In this document: positions 35,843-48,817 of the stretch, one piece after another | Position numbering within the stretch: position 1 is the first letter of the stretch | Layout of the letters: each line of letters opens with the position of its first letter | Source of the DNA: Perkinsus chesapeaki ATCC PRA-425 | Taxonomy: Eukaryota; Protista; Perkinsozoa | Length of the DNA stretch: 64,000 nt | Direction of reading: 5' to 3' | Assembly: GCA_013115145.1 (NCBI GenBank) | Contig: JAAPAO010000024.1 | Coordinates: forward strand, 1-64,000 | Translations under genes and position numbers: made by a program | The notes under the pieces: model-generated | Database searches by the model: none | Seen by the model: the letters and a program-made list of their open reading frames with translations, nothing else | What the model was told of the DNA's origin: nothing

Positions 35843-38207
35843 ATGTCACCATTAGCCACCGCTGAGCCTAGTAGGGGTGATACCCAGGACGCAGAGGAGC
35901 TTGTTAGCTCTCAAGCAGGTTGGTATTGGGACTGGGATTTCCCTAAGGTCCATCCCTTCCTCAACGAGGTGAATATTTGCAGTAGTACGAGCAGTAATGC
36001 TGTCATGATCAGTCACATCATGAGGCGCGTAAAATGGTTAGGGCGTTCATAGTTGATAATATTATACCGTATTTGCCACAGTGGGAGGAGGAGGGAAAGT
36101 ACCCGAGGGATCTACACCGTAAAGCCTATGCAGCAGGAGTGTAGGTGAGTGGGAATGTGGAGGTGTGATATAGTGTTAGATACGCTGCCTTATGGCCGAC
36201 ATCAATGGGAGGGACACCACCACCATTGTGTGAAGGAAATAAGACTAGGCCTGGTAAGAAGAGGCTCTGGTAGTTGGCTCCAAGGACGTGGTGTTATTTG
36301 ACTTTTTAAATTGGGCGGAATGCTCTGGAGTGCGTCGGTAGGAAATTAGTTCATCCAAGAGAGTGTTGACAAGACGGTAAAAGGCATTAGTAAAGAAGCA
36401 AGAGCTTTGACCAGTATACCCTGACTGTGATAAAGGGGGAAATAGTGGCCTCGAAACAATTGCAGGGGGCACTGCGATTAGCTTACTTACAGCACATTCT
36501 GCACCATTCGCTCAGGCCCGCATAAGGTCGATATTTGGCATGATTTGGTTATAACCGATGAGTTGGCTAACTGTGGTGCCGGTGGTGTAATAGCCAGTTG
36601 TTTTGTTAGTCTGGCAATCGGCCTCCCTCCCCTCATTGCTGGTGAGCAGCCTTATATACCTTATAAATCAGAGTGTACCCCCCTTTTAGGTGGACTGGCT
36701 GGAGGATCACAGCTAACCTCACGATTGGTGAGGGAGGTTGTGCAAGGTGAGAAGATACTAGCCTTGGCTGTTACAGAGCCCTATGCTGGAAGTGATGTGG
36801 CAAATATCCAGACGAAGGCAGTGCTACAGGTATGTTAGCGTGGTGTGCGAGAATACGGTATGGCTTCTTGTTATTAGCCTGATGGGCAGCATTATATTGT
36901 TAATGGTGTGAAGACGTTCATTACCTCGGGGCCATGGGCGGACTACTTCACAACAGCGGTGGGCTGCTTTTCTGTGGTATGTGTTTTACATATCTTAGTA
37001 AGGTGCATATTGAAGGGGATAGTGGAGTGTCTCTGCTTTTAATAGACAGGAGCTTACCAGGGGTGTCAACTACAAGGTTAGCCACACAGGGATGGAAGAC
37101 TAGTGGTACGGCACGTATTACTTTTGATGATGTTAAGGTAGGCAACAGCAGCAGTGGACAGGTGGTAGAAAGATAATTGAATTTGAGAATATTAGTTGAA
37201 TATAGATCATGTACAGTATAGTCTCTTGTTCACTCCTACTACACCTTGTGCCATTGGCTAATATTAGGTACCATGTGATATGCTTATTGGTCGTCGAGGC
37301 CATGGATTTAAAGCTATTATGTAACTACCTGTTATTGCCACTGTTTATCAATGACATCTGCCTTAGGCACAATTTTAATCATGAACGTCTAATGTTATCT
37401 ATCCAGTCTACTCGTTATGCTAGGATATGTATGGAGGATGCTATACGGTATGCTAAGTCTAGAAGAACTTTTGGTAAACGTTTAATAGATCACCAGGTGA
37501 GATTATCAAAAGCTTTTTTGCGTGATAGTGGCTCCATTCGCACTCGTGCGTGCTGACGCCGTATTAAACAGTACTAAACATCTAATCATTTGTCCCTTTT
37601 GGAAAACTACATTTAATATAGTATATTAAAGGCTCGGTTGAGAGTCACGTTTAGAAGATTTTTGTAAAGAGTTTGCGAGAATTATCTGCATCTTGATGAT
37701 ATCGTTGCTCACCTGTTCCTGAAGCACCTCTTATTCGTGTGTCACTGCGTAGGTGATACGACATAAGATATCAGAGATGGCTCGATCAGTCCTAGCCACA
37801 CACTATTATATAGAGAACATCGCCATACAGTGGCCCAAGTAAGGCCAGCTGAACCTTTCCTTACTACCGCTATGTTGACATAGATCAACACAGCTCGAGC
37901 TGGCTGGTAAGGTGGCCCTTTTGAAAGTGCAAGCCACTAAGACCTTTGAGTTCTGCGCTAGGGAGGCATCCCAGGTAGACGCTGATACTTTAATAATCGC
38001 TACGCTAGTGTTATCTTTAGATTCTTGGTGGGCGTAGTTACCTGCAGGGATCGGGCCCTGGAGCTAGAGTAGAGCGGTTATACCGCGAAGTGAGGGTAAA
38101 TGCTATTGGTGGAGGTTCGGAGGAGGTAAGACAGTAACCAGTTTGCGTGGTGCTCTTTCTGCTATCAGATCATGCTGGATCTTGCTGCACGGCAAGCCCG
38201 ACTTTAG
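35843..38207 (+). CDS. Acyl-CoA dehydrogenase ending in PTS1-like ARL (multi-exon)
   Basis: LALAVTEPYAGSDVA, YIVNGVKTFITSG, FNHERL, RRTFGKRLIDHQVIRHKI, QILGG..VERLYREVRVNAIGGGSEEIMLDLAARQARL*. Confidence 0.92.
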
Positions 38208-38680
38208 ATATCACACTCGATAGGTCCGTTATCATATTACTCATTTCACGACTGGTTCTGTGTCACTACCAATAAGGTGCCGAGTTAGTATGATAATAAT
38301 AAAACTGCTTTACAGGCCATCGGCTGATCATCAACTATTACCTGTATGAGACAATCTCAGAGATATTGTCCCCTTCCTTCCATGCTGAGTTCAGTGGTCA
38401 CAGTTAATCAAAATATACCCAACCTCCTTTCACCTCGTTGAATCGCACCTCTTACCCCAGACTTTAGTTAAGCTACTCCCCGCACCTCCAGCTTAACCTC
38501 CATCTCCCCGTAGGGCTCCATACCCCGCCACACTGTTGAGGTCCAGCCCTCCAAGAGTTGTGCCCTGCAGTCTGTATCTTCTGCATCATTCAGATTGAGC
38601 ACATGCACTAACTGTAGCGACTAAGCCAATGCTACCCTAGCAAGCGCACGTACGATTCCCTATTAGTTGGCTTATCGGTA

Positions 38681-41600
38681 ATGACAATACCTCGTTCACA
38701 CAAGTCCCGTCGACATGATGATAAACAGTCCAGGAGAACACGTACCTCTCAACGGAGCACAACGGCATCAGCAGCAGCAGCCTCTTCGCTTTCATCCCCG
38801 AGGTCGAAGTTGAAAGGCTCTCAGCCCAATCAGCATGCATCACATCGCACCGTATCAAAGGGGCCGATATTACCAGCAGAACTGCAGGTATCCACGGCCT
38901 CATCTAGCATAGCCATACTTTTATTAGGTCACTTTGGATTTGACATCCACAAAAGATACTCTCCATAGGGTTCGTGAGCGCAGACTCCGGTTCTCCAAAG
39001 GCCTGCCTCTACTTGACGTATTCCTACTGTTGGAGACCAGAGCTTCGCTGCGATGTGGCGCCGACCGTACTGCTTTTACCTTGAGGGTTGTTACCCTCCA
39101 AGGAGGCACTGGTCCACCACTTGATCTGGCTACGTTGGAGGCAGCCAGTATATGGGGCGGGTCCCTAAGGGTGTTGGTCGACTGGCAAGGGCCCTACGAA
39201 CATGGATGGCTTATCCGTGCTAGAGTGGTGCGCATTCAAAGACAGGTTCGGCAGTGGATCCAGAGGTCTCGCAGAGATGCCGCAGCCACGAGGCTACAAG
39301 TAGGCCACATACCACTCCCTATCCTCGACGCTCCTTTGCTCGCCAGTCCTTTGTAAGGAGCCGTTTGCTATCGGACTTGCTGCATCGAGTCAATACTGCT
39401 AATCGTGACCTATCTGCCATTCGTACCACTGGACCGCTGGTGAGCCTTTCAGCTCTCAATGTTGCATTTACTTTAACCTTAGGCAGCATCACTCGTGCCC
39501 AGCGACGCTCCTCCATATATCCTACCTATGGTTTCTCTATGCCTTACTGCTATATCAATCCTGCCCCCCAACGCTACTGGTATGAACACCTCCCTTGTGT
39601 CCCTCCTTGGACGATTCTCTGATTGGTTGCTAAGTGCTTTGAGAGCCTATCTTTATTACGATATTGTTGCCCAGTATAGAGAGGCTGTGGCCGAGGTCGT
39701 TGCCAGTGTTATGACGGAAGGCGGTAGACCGTTTAAGGCTCTGACGGAGCTGCAGCGATTGAGGAGGGAACATTTCCTACGTCCACTTAAGGAGCTCCTT
39801 GGCTCACAGGTAGGGAACTGCCTCACTTGCATTGTTGAAGTTTTTGATAGGTTAACCTTCGAGAGCTGAAGTCGAGAGTAGATCAACTTGTTGGCTCAAC
39901 TGCCGATGAGGTCCTCTTTGATCCATCACTGGGGCCCGAGAAGTCCCTAGTCCTTGGCCCCTCGGCTGAGGATACCATCGAGCACGGTCTTACAACGAGA
40001 GGCATACATGCGGTGCATCGCTTTGCTGGTAGCCTTTACACCTCCATCTCATCTTCGGCACTGTGTCGTAGGTATCATTCTATCTGAAGGACTCTCCACT
40101 ATAGAGCTGGCACTCTGGCGTCTACGAGTGTCCCCCACTCAACAGAGCCCAGCCATCTCCAAAGCCGCCATCGGCATCCTTGCCAGCTTATCATCTGGTA
40201 TAAGCTGCTACCTCCTACCATGGTTGCAGCACCAACAGAAATGCGCACCATGTGCGTTCTTACGCTTCCTCACACCATTGGACGCCTCAGCCCCACCAGT
40301 CCTGCTCCCCTTGGCACCGAATGAGGTTCGAATACTAAACGCTCAGCTACATTCTACTGCCTCGGAGTTCTTCGGCTATACCTATTGTGAGCTGGCATTG
40401 CAGGCAGGAGCCGGCCAGGCACGTAAACTGCTGCCTGTTAATGGCAACCTGTCGGATATCCTCCCCAGCAAAACGGTCTCTATCGATGCTATTAGCCGGG
40501 CCTCATCGTGGCTGTCATCTGCAGCTCATCCCCTCTACTATAGCTTCACCGTTACACCTATCTCCAGTGATACTATGCCGCCTGCTATGAGGCTACAGTA
40601 TGATTTGCTGCTCAATGTCACCTCCCAGTATGGATGGGGTGATCATAGAGAGCCGTTCATCATGAGCCCACGCAAGTGGATGATAGATATCCCGAGCTAC
40701 TCCCCATCCAAACGCCACACGCGCATAGCTGTACCTATGGATATTATGGATGATAGCCTCACTGAAGTAGACAAAGATATCGGTGATGTATATGATGATG
40801 ATGATTGTGGTGTAGAGGGTATACAGGCTAACATATACAGGCCCATGCTGTATTTCCATATACTGTATGGTGGCAATGCCACATCAAAGGGTGTAACTAC
40901 GGTGAGATTATCCAAGGATAAGTTCTTCCTCTATATGCAACGGACATGTTTTATTAGAAGAATGCCAACAGTGCGTCGTTGGGGACTATTAGCACTAATG
41001 CTCCTCGCCGGTGGTGGTGGTGGAGGAGGAGGCTCCAATGGTCCTGGGCTTACGATATCTGTATTGAGCAGATTACACGTAGTGAGACCATTCTTTCCAG
41101 AGGAAGCCGCTGTGGGACATGATCGAAGAGGGCACCATCGAAGCCCTGTTGTATGCCCTTGCGTCAGAGTAGCCGGCCTTGATAAAGTAATCAACCCATC
41201 TACTGCTGCAGCAGCCGGCTTGACCGTGACATATTATCGTCCACCTCTCCTTTAGGGTGTTTGTCTATTCGACGCTCACAGAGCCTCTCAGCCTCACAGG
41301 GTCCTAAGGCAGCCAACACTGGACGAGCTGGGTAAGTGATCCTGTCCTAACCGATACACTGCAACACCTAACAAGTAGGAACAATATGGTCAACATCAGA
41401 AGCTTCAATGGAGCTAGCTTTAACCAGTGAGGATATGTCGATGAGGCTGTCTGATCTACGAGACATGGAACGACAGGTCGGTGGCAACCTTTCAGGGAGC
41501 TGCATTGCCGATCGTATTCCAGATACGCTTTGAGTTGCCCCGTAATGAGCCCAACATTGGTGTTACTGTCCTGTCTGCCGTTGGCAATAAGCTAATTGAC

Positions 41601-43406
41601 ACTTGGTACAGAGTAAAGGGAGCGTGGGATGAGGTACACCAAAGCCGTTACTGCAGACACTTAGATGTCTGTTAGGTTGATGATGATGAGGATGATGATA
41701 TAGCTACTGATGGGTTGTCAACTAATGATGAGGATGAGCGTGATGAAGAGCTACTGGCCCCTGATCCCAAATGGGGCGTCGAGCTATCTGAGGGGCCATT
41801 GGTGAATAAAAAGGAGACAGAGTAAGGGTCATTATTAATAACATAATAAAAGCAGCAATAAAGATCACTTACTAATTGAAGCCAGGTTCATGTGGGACTT
41901 TATCTCGCCGTTAGCCTCCCAGCTACCACCTGATTATGAACCCGAGCCAGAGGACGAAGCTCCTGATAACGAGCGTCTCTTACCTCAGCCAGATCGGGCT
42001 AGTTCCCGTGAAGGGGTATGAGGGCTCCCTTTGTTACGCCAGATAGGGCCGCTTTATATCAGGCCAGCACGTCCATGAGCGTTGGGGTGTCGTCATCAGC
42101 AGCTGCCATAGCATCAGCAACGGCGACGTCATCTATTGTGGCCGGGGCTAGTCAAATGGTGAGTTGGTCCCCAAGATGGCCGCATGGTGGATTAGAGTAT
42201 CCTTGCACTTATAAATCATATATTGCTAATATTACTGCTTACATCTAGGTATTATGTTATTTTGTACGATCGATTCCCCCCCCCCTTGTCTCACAGCTAT
42301 ATCCCTCAAGGTTTCAGCTTATTTTCATCACTATATCGCGAAACACTCAGTCTTAATCAACTTACTCAACCAACGCGAACCCTTCCTAAAAGTTGATAAT
42401 ACTCTCTACTCAGGTATATACTTATGGCCCTATGACACCACCAAATAGTGTTTCATATATACCAATGTTTGAGTATAAGAACGGCAATGTATTTATCGAC
42501 CATTACCAGAAAGTAGCTCTTGTCTCCCATTACCACAGTACAGCATAACGCTCCTTGTTAGATAACCATAGCCCATCCACCATCTGTATGGCACTGGAAG
42601 TATCTACCAAGCCCTAGTGTACCTCAGTCTCCTATTGTTAGTCTACCAGCAACAGCAGCAGCCAGTGCACTCCTCCAGGTTGGTATTACCGCCTGTACAG
42701 GTCTATTCCCTAAACCTCAGGGCAGCTTCGCTTTAGCCACATCTCTGTATGACTTGCAACATAAAAGATGCTCCAAAAGAGATGTATATCGTTCCGTGTT
42801 TGAAGCTGCTAGTCGAGGCTCGGCAGTTGGTGCATGCTGTTGGACCCTTGCCAATGTAGCTAAGGTCACCAATGTGGCCGTCCTGTCCGGTATGTGACCG
42901 AGCCCATATCATTTCCATCATCCTGACAAAAGCAGGCACGGTGTCACTCCTATGGCTTGCACTCAGAGCAGTCACTGTACACTCGCGAGATCAGCTCCTA
43001 TCGGACGCCTGTGTCAGTCTAAGCGGCACTGCTGCAGCGGTTGCAGGTCAGCTGTCATCATCATCATCGTTGTTGTTGCTTTGCCTTGTCGAGTACATAT
43101 CATCAGGTTTCCTCCTTTCAACCAGCCTTGTGCCATCCTCTGCCATATTGCCTGTTATAGCATCCATATTTAGCAGTGCGATTGGCAGCGGACTAGGTGC
43201 CGACATCTACGCTAAAATTCGGAGGTCCCTTCCTGCCATCCTGTAACTATTTTGATCCTCAATCCCTCAGATGGCGGCAGGCAGGCAGCAAACAGCGTTT
43301 GGTTCGTTTAGCACGTATGATGCTGGGGCTGCCTCGAGACGGCACTTCTGACGCTAAGGTGACACCGCTTCAGGATATGCCTCCATTCCTCCTCCCTTCA
43401 GGTTGA
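38681..43406 (+). CDS. Large hypothetical multi-exon protein with IQ-like motif(s)
   Basis: Long plus-strand ORFs (38934-39356, 39495-39869, 39954-41255) linked by short introns; RIQRQVRQWIQRSRRDAAATRLQ. Ends are uncertain. Confidence 0.45.
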
Positions 43407-44359
43407 CTCTCGGTGGCGTGTCATTGCTGGTATGGTACACCCAGATAGGCGAGGCGATGAGATATCAATGGAGGACCGCAAACTGTTTGAGTTGTTTATG
43501 CTTTGCCGAGAGGTAACACCACTTGATATGTTACCCTGTCGACTCCATTACACCCACTGCCGGCCACTGTGAGAATGTGTTTTTAGATTGTTAAACTAGC
43601 AGCGCAAGAGAAGGCTGTCAATAAGAGTGGAACAGATGCTTCAAGTAGCGAAGATCTGGTAAGTCATAGACTCAATAAAGGCCTAATATAACATCCGTCC
43701 TTAGGGACCGCTGTACCTGGAGGATGGAGGAGTTGTGGATAGTGCCACAATGGATGATAGTCACCCTTCTACATCAATCGAGAAGGTTGTCGCCGCAGTC
43801 CAGGTGAACTTCTGTGGAAAGTTCTCGTGCCTGATAATCCGATTTAGCGCTTCGCCTACGTGGCGATTGTCGAGCCTCAGCTACAAGGTCCGCGGCATGC
43901 AGTATCATCAGGCATCCGAAGTGTTCGTAGAGAGGAAGTCGTCGAAGATCGTGACGTTGTTGAATGATTTAATCTGTCGTATTAATGTTCATGTTAATCG
44001 AATTTATTGAGATGATTCATTATCCTTTGTTATTCAATGCAAAGTAGTACAGCAATAAAAGGTACTCAGTGATTTGCTGAGATATCTTATGGAAACAATC
44101 CATCAAGTCAGGGGGCCAGCTGGACCTGCTCACTCTGCCGCTCCGAAAGAGTAAGTGCGCTGCCGATATATCGCTCCACTGCTGTATTATAATAGCTTCC
44201 AACAAGGTATGTTCCGTCAGGCCAGCAAATGGTCCAGTGACCGAGCTAGCTCGTGTCATCACCCAGGCCATCATATACGCCACGTTGGCTTGGTGAGAAT
44301 AATTAGTCTTATAACTGGAGGCTACCCTTTGTTAGGAGCTTCTACTATTACTTCCTTCC

Positions 44360-45050
44360 GTGGTATGGTGGCCTCAGAAAACTTCTCAGTCACGCGCTCC
44401 AGGCGTACTTGATCGCGCACTTACTCATAGAGTTATTGATAAGAATGTGAGACAATCAACGAGCGATCAGACGGACTTGCTATCGGAACGCGTAAGATAT
44501 CTTGGTGTCGTCTCGAGAATGATTATCAAGGCGTTGGATAAGCTCCGCGTGAAATTCCGGAGGAGGAAGCACAGGAGACGCGGGAAGCATAGAAGGAAGC
44601 AGAAGAGCAGGTGCGATGAGTTCCCAAGGACCATTGATTTTGCTGCCGAATGTACCGAGTCCCTTACAGAGGCAAATGGTGGAAGAGACAATTGACTGAT
44701 AAGAGCGCTTTGAGGCTAAAGGCTCTACGCGTACTGCCCTATAAGAAAGTACCTCAATGCAGTCGTGCGGAGAGCGAGTAAGCTTGTAGTGATAATCTAT
44801 CGATGAGGGCTTCGTCAGGTGCACCATTTGTTTGGCCACCTTTAAGAACATCGATCAGTGTCGCATCCTCCCGTGCAAACACTTCTTCCATAGAGAATGC
44901 ATCGATAGTACATTTTGTGAGTTCACCATCGCATAAGTGTTTTCTTGTTCAGAGTGGCTAAAGGAAAGATCGGATATCTGCCCGTTATGTACCCGTCCCG
45001 CCATCCACCCGAAGCCGCATCGTTGCTGCTCTTGTGGGAGAATTTGTTGA
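44360..45050 (+). CDS. RING-H2 E3 ubiquitin ligase (3' exons; 5' end unresolved)
   Basis: CTICLATFKNIDQCRILPCKHFFHRECID|KWLKERSDICPLC matches RING-H2 spacing across one intron. Confidence 0.8.
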
Positions 45051-45661
45051 TTGATTCTTAATGCATGATGATACCCTCGTTGATTTTGCCTGATTACTAG
45101 GCTTTCAGTATTCCGTACATGGGTTGCATTTCTAGTAGAACTTTCCAAGCTGATGAACTGCGTAACTCCTAGGAGGTTCAATCACATTCAAAAGTGGAAG
45201 CATTGGCCTCTCTCAACCACCAATACAACACTAAGAACATATGAGAACCACCCTACCCCACCAACCCAGTGGGCAGTTGGTGGTGAGTAGTACTACCACC
45301 CACCACGCATTGCCGTGTTGGTACTACTACCGTAGTACCCACCACGCCCTCTGTGAAACTGGATTGATAACCAACACCCTAAGATATACCCGTCAGGGCT
45401 TAGCTTGTATGTCGGAAATAAGACCGGAGAGGATCCTTACGAAAGGTGTGATTCGCCATCTCTAAGCGATTAACGAACTCAACCAGTCTCCCATATTTAC
45501 AAGACCATAAAGCCTCGCAGCAGCCGAAAGCTGACCGATGGGTTGAGCCCATTGTGAATGGATGGCTCGGAATAATGGACAACGAACAAATGGTTGCTTG
45601 ATAGCCAATATTGGGGACTAATGCCTGGGTTGTCATACGACTAGCAGGCCTGAGGAGGCTA

Positions 45662-46106
45662 CTAATCCCAGCTTGACCTTGGCGAATAGCAACGCTTGGA
45701 AGGCGATGCCTGAGGGTTCCACGGGTTAACATAAGTGAGACAGCTGAACCACGGTGGACAGATATCACTCTCCTGAAATACAAAAATGCGATTATTAGAC
45801 TGTATAGCAGCACTTCGAGTAACAGCGACTTACGTTATCGCATGAAATGTAGCAGTAGCCTGCACAATATGCTTTAGCGGTCGAATAACCTGGATCAGGA
45901 CAATCAGAGTCGCTGGAGCATGGAATTGAACACATGGCCCCATTAAACCCCGTGATTGGATTAGGAGAGTTGAAGTATGGGATGTATGTCTGTCCTCTTG
46001 GACAACTCATACGTGTTCCACCGCCAGGAATCGCAACTCTGGAAGGAGCCCAGTAATCGTAGCATGAGACCAAGTTTACGATACAAAGGTAGATGATAGA
46101 GCGCAT
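45662..46106 (-). CDS. Small secreted cysteine-rich protein A (2 exons)
   Basis: Signal peptide MRSIIYLCIVNLVSC; 10 Cys in the mature region; intron after SCDN (GTAAGT..TTTCAG); ends ...KRCYSPRSSWD*. Confidence 0.8.
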
Positions 46107-46744
46107 TGTTATAGATAGAAGGCTAGCAACAAACTACTCAGCTGAGGAGATTCACATTTAGCTTTCTTACAGAAGATACCGTACGAGGCGCGGAGCAATG
46201 TGACGCACCCTCACGGTTCACTCACCTGGCAGGCACCTAACTGGTTCACCTCAACTAACCCAAGGCGCGCGCACGGTCTTCCTAGTGGCAAGTCGACCTC
46301 ATGCATGGACCCTTCGAGTACTGCTCTGGAGTGGTCTGGATAGCTTAGATCTCACTACCATGCATGTCATGCAAGTATTTCGGCATTACCAAAATAACTA
46401 TGGAGCGTAGATTACCCGGGGTATTCGCTAAGCTAGCGGCTAGCTATGCCATGGGCTAGCTGCTAGCCCAGAGGAAATCGGAGAGGATTGATGGTGACCA
46501 GCGTAGGCTCAGAAGATCGTAGCCACCTCATTCTCAGAGGAAATCAACGGCTTCCGAGCTTCGCGCACATCGATTTACGATCTCTTGATGGCCAAAGGAG
46601 AAAAACTAGGTTAGCCAGTGAGCGTACGCTTTGTGTATAAACAACGTACTAAACACTCAAGCCGGTATTCAAGAAATCAGAAAGTCGTCTCTACCTGCCA
46701 CAGTAGTAGACCATCGGAAACCTGTAATTCGATTGTTCCTAATG

Positions 46745-46947
46745 TTCTTGCAAACGCGTCTTCTATAGAGGATGCATTGATAGTACATTTTGTAAGTGGC
46801 TTAGTAGAGTGGCTTGTTTAGGGTGGCTAAAGTAAGGATCGGACATCTGCCCGTTATGTACCCGTCCAGCCAACTACCCAAACCCGCATCGTTGCTGTTC
46901 TTAGGAGAATTTGTTGATTGATTCTTAATGCACGAATACTAGGCTTT
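46745..46947 (+). pseudogene. Truncated, disabled duplicate of the RING-H2 3' end and its 3' flank
   Basis: Collinear with about 44870-45105; TGG CTA AAG TAA replaces TGG CTA AAG GAA, and TCT TAG replaces TCT TGT. Confidence 0.85.
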
Positions 46948-47369
46948 TTTGATGGGTGAGTTTGCATGTCGAGTAAGGTTTCAAACGCGGATAGGCTTAT
47001 AGTACTCATGGCAGGCAAAAGTAAAACCAAAAACGAGTCGTGCTAACAATCTGCTACAGCTGCTGCCGTGTGGAAGGAGCGTATCTCCCTGGATACGTGC
47101 GGTTCTTCTACAATTGCTTTCGGGACACTCGTGTTGCCAAGAGGCTACCGTTGCCAGCCCACTTATAGCGTGAAGCAACGATCAGCAGCTGACCTGTAGA
47201 GACAAGATACGTGATTCGGACTCCATTCTTGATTCACCAATGCAATTTGAACTCAACACAAAGAACAGTGTCGAAGCTGTGAATAGCCTAAGGCCGACTA
47301 ATGGGTTTAGCCCATTATGAAAGTGTGAATATCAGGTTATATCTGAATGAGAGGATATGGTTATACACT

Positions 47370-47843
47370 TCAATCTGTAAAAGGCGGCCGGATTCTAAAT
47401 CTTGGCTGATAGCATTTCTTAGACTCTTGCCCCGTGCTTGGGCTATAACTTGTCCTACACTCGAGATCCGGTGGGCATACGTCGTTCTCCTGAAGTACAA
47501 GATTATATACCCGCAACCCGATTGAACACATCTTACTACACCGACTTACATTCTCGCACGGAAGGTGGCAGTACTTTGCACAAAGAGGCTTGATTGTCGA
47601 ATGTTCAGGAGCTGGGCAATCAGAGTCCTCGGAGCAGGGGATTGTACAAAGTGTCCTGTCTGCTCCAAAAGCTGTAATGCCTCTATATTTAAAGTAGTAC
47701 AAAAGTAATTGTTGTCCCAGCGGACAACGTCGTATTTTTTCGCCAGAATCGGTCGTCAACCATACTGGTGTCGAGTAGTAATGATGACCTTGCGCGTGGC
47801 ATAGAACCACGTTGATGATGCAAAGATAGAGGACGCAGCGCAT
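47370..47843 (-). CDS. Small secreted cysteine-rich protein B, paralog of A (2 exons)
   Basis: Signal peptide MRCVLYLCIINVVLC; same 10-Cys spacing and same intron position as A. Confidence 0.8.
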   Translation of the reverse strand: MRCVLYLCIINVVLCHAQGHHYYSTPVWLTTDSGEKIRRCPLGQQLLLYYFKYRGITAFGADRTLCTIPCSEDSDCPAPEHSTIKPLCAKYCHLPCENVSRCSKMCSIGLRVYNLVLQENDVCPPDLECRTSYSPSTGQESKKCYQPRFRIRPPFTD

Positions 47844-48817
47844 TGTTTTAAGGATAAAGAGTTAACACGAAACCAGACTGTTGTTTCGTTAATCGGCTAA
47901 GCTTCCCACGGGTGGCATAGCGAACGAGACGCGGAGAGAGCGAGGCGTTCATTGTGTGCGGGGCCACATAAAAACGTATACAATGGTCTTGCGTGGCTTA
48001 TCAATAACATTAGAAACATGTTATAAACATGTGACTAGCAAGTAGTTAGTAACAACACGTGTAAACAACAGCACTCTAAAAAATAGTCGAGCCCATTTCA
48101 CTTCTCTGGTGTTACTAAGCCGTTGAAAGTTCCAGCAAGTGTGAGGCGCGTACGCGCGTTGTGCGAAAAAGCGCGGCAGGAAAGGCCAAGGGTAGCACGA
48201 TACGCATTGGGAAGAACACCTTCTCCGTGGGGTGAGGTATGGAATACGACATCGGTTTGTCGAGCAATACCATTGGTGGATTATACAAACAAGGCATTCA
48301 CGAAATATATGGAAATTTTAGAACTTGGTCGCGAATCGTAGCTGCAGGGTTGCAGCTACATTGCTATCGTAGCACGCTCGATGTCCGTACCAAAACGGTT
48401 CTAATCCGGTCGAGGAGTGCCTGCCAGTTCGAGAGAGATTGTATTACTGTGTCTTATAGGCTAAATCATGCTTCATGATGAGGTCTGCAACATAGGAGTT
48501 GCATTATTGATTGCGGAACTGTCGATGTAGCGTAAATCATGTACGCAGGCATTTGCCAGTTCCGGTTTGGGCTCATCGTATCCGCTCGGCAGCTCATGGC
48601 ATGTCTTCTGGATCCAGGTTGATTACTATCTTTTCATACTACCGATTTTTCCCACAATTTGTCATGTCCCGAAGGATATTAATATATGCTGGAGGGTTGT
48701 CTGATGGATTAAACGTTCGCCACTTCCCTAATAGCTACTAATCGAACCCAATAACGATTAGTTGCGCAGAGAAGCTGTATTTGCGGACACCTAGAAAAGT
48801 GTAGAACTAAAGTGTTG

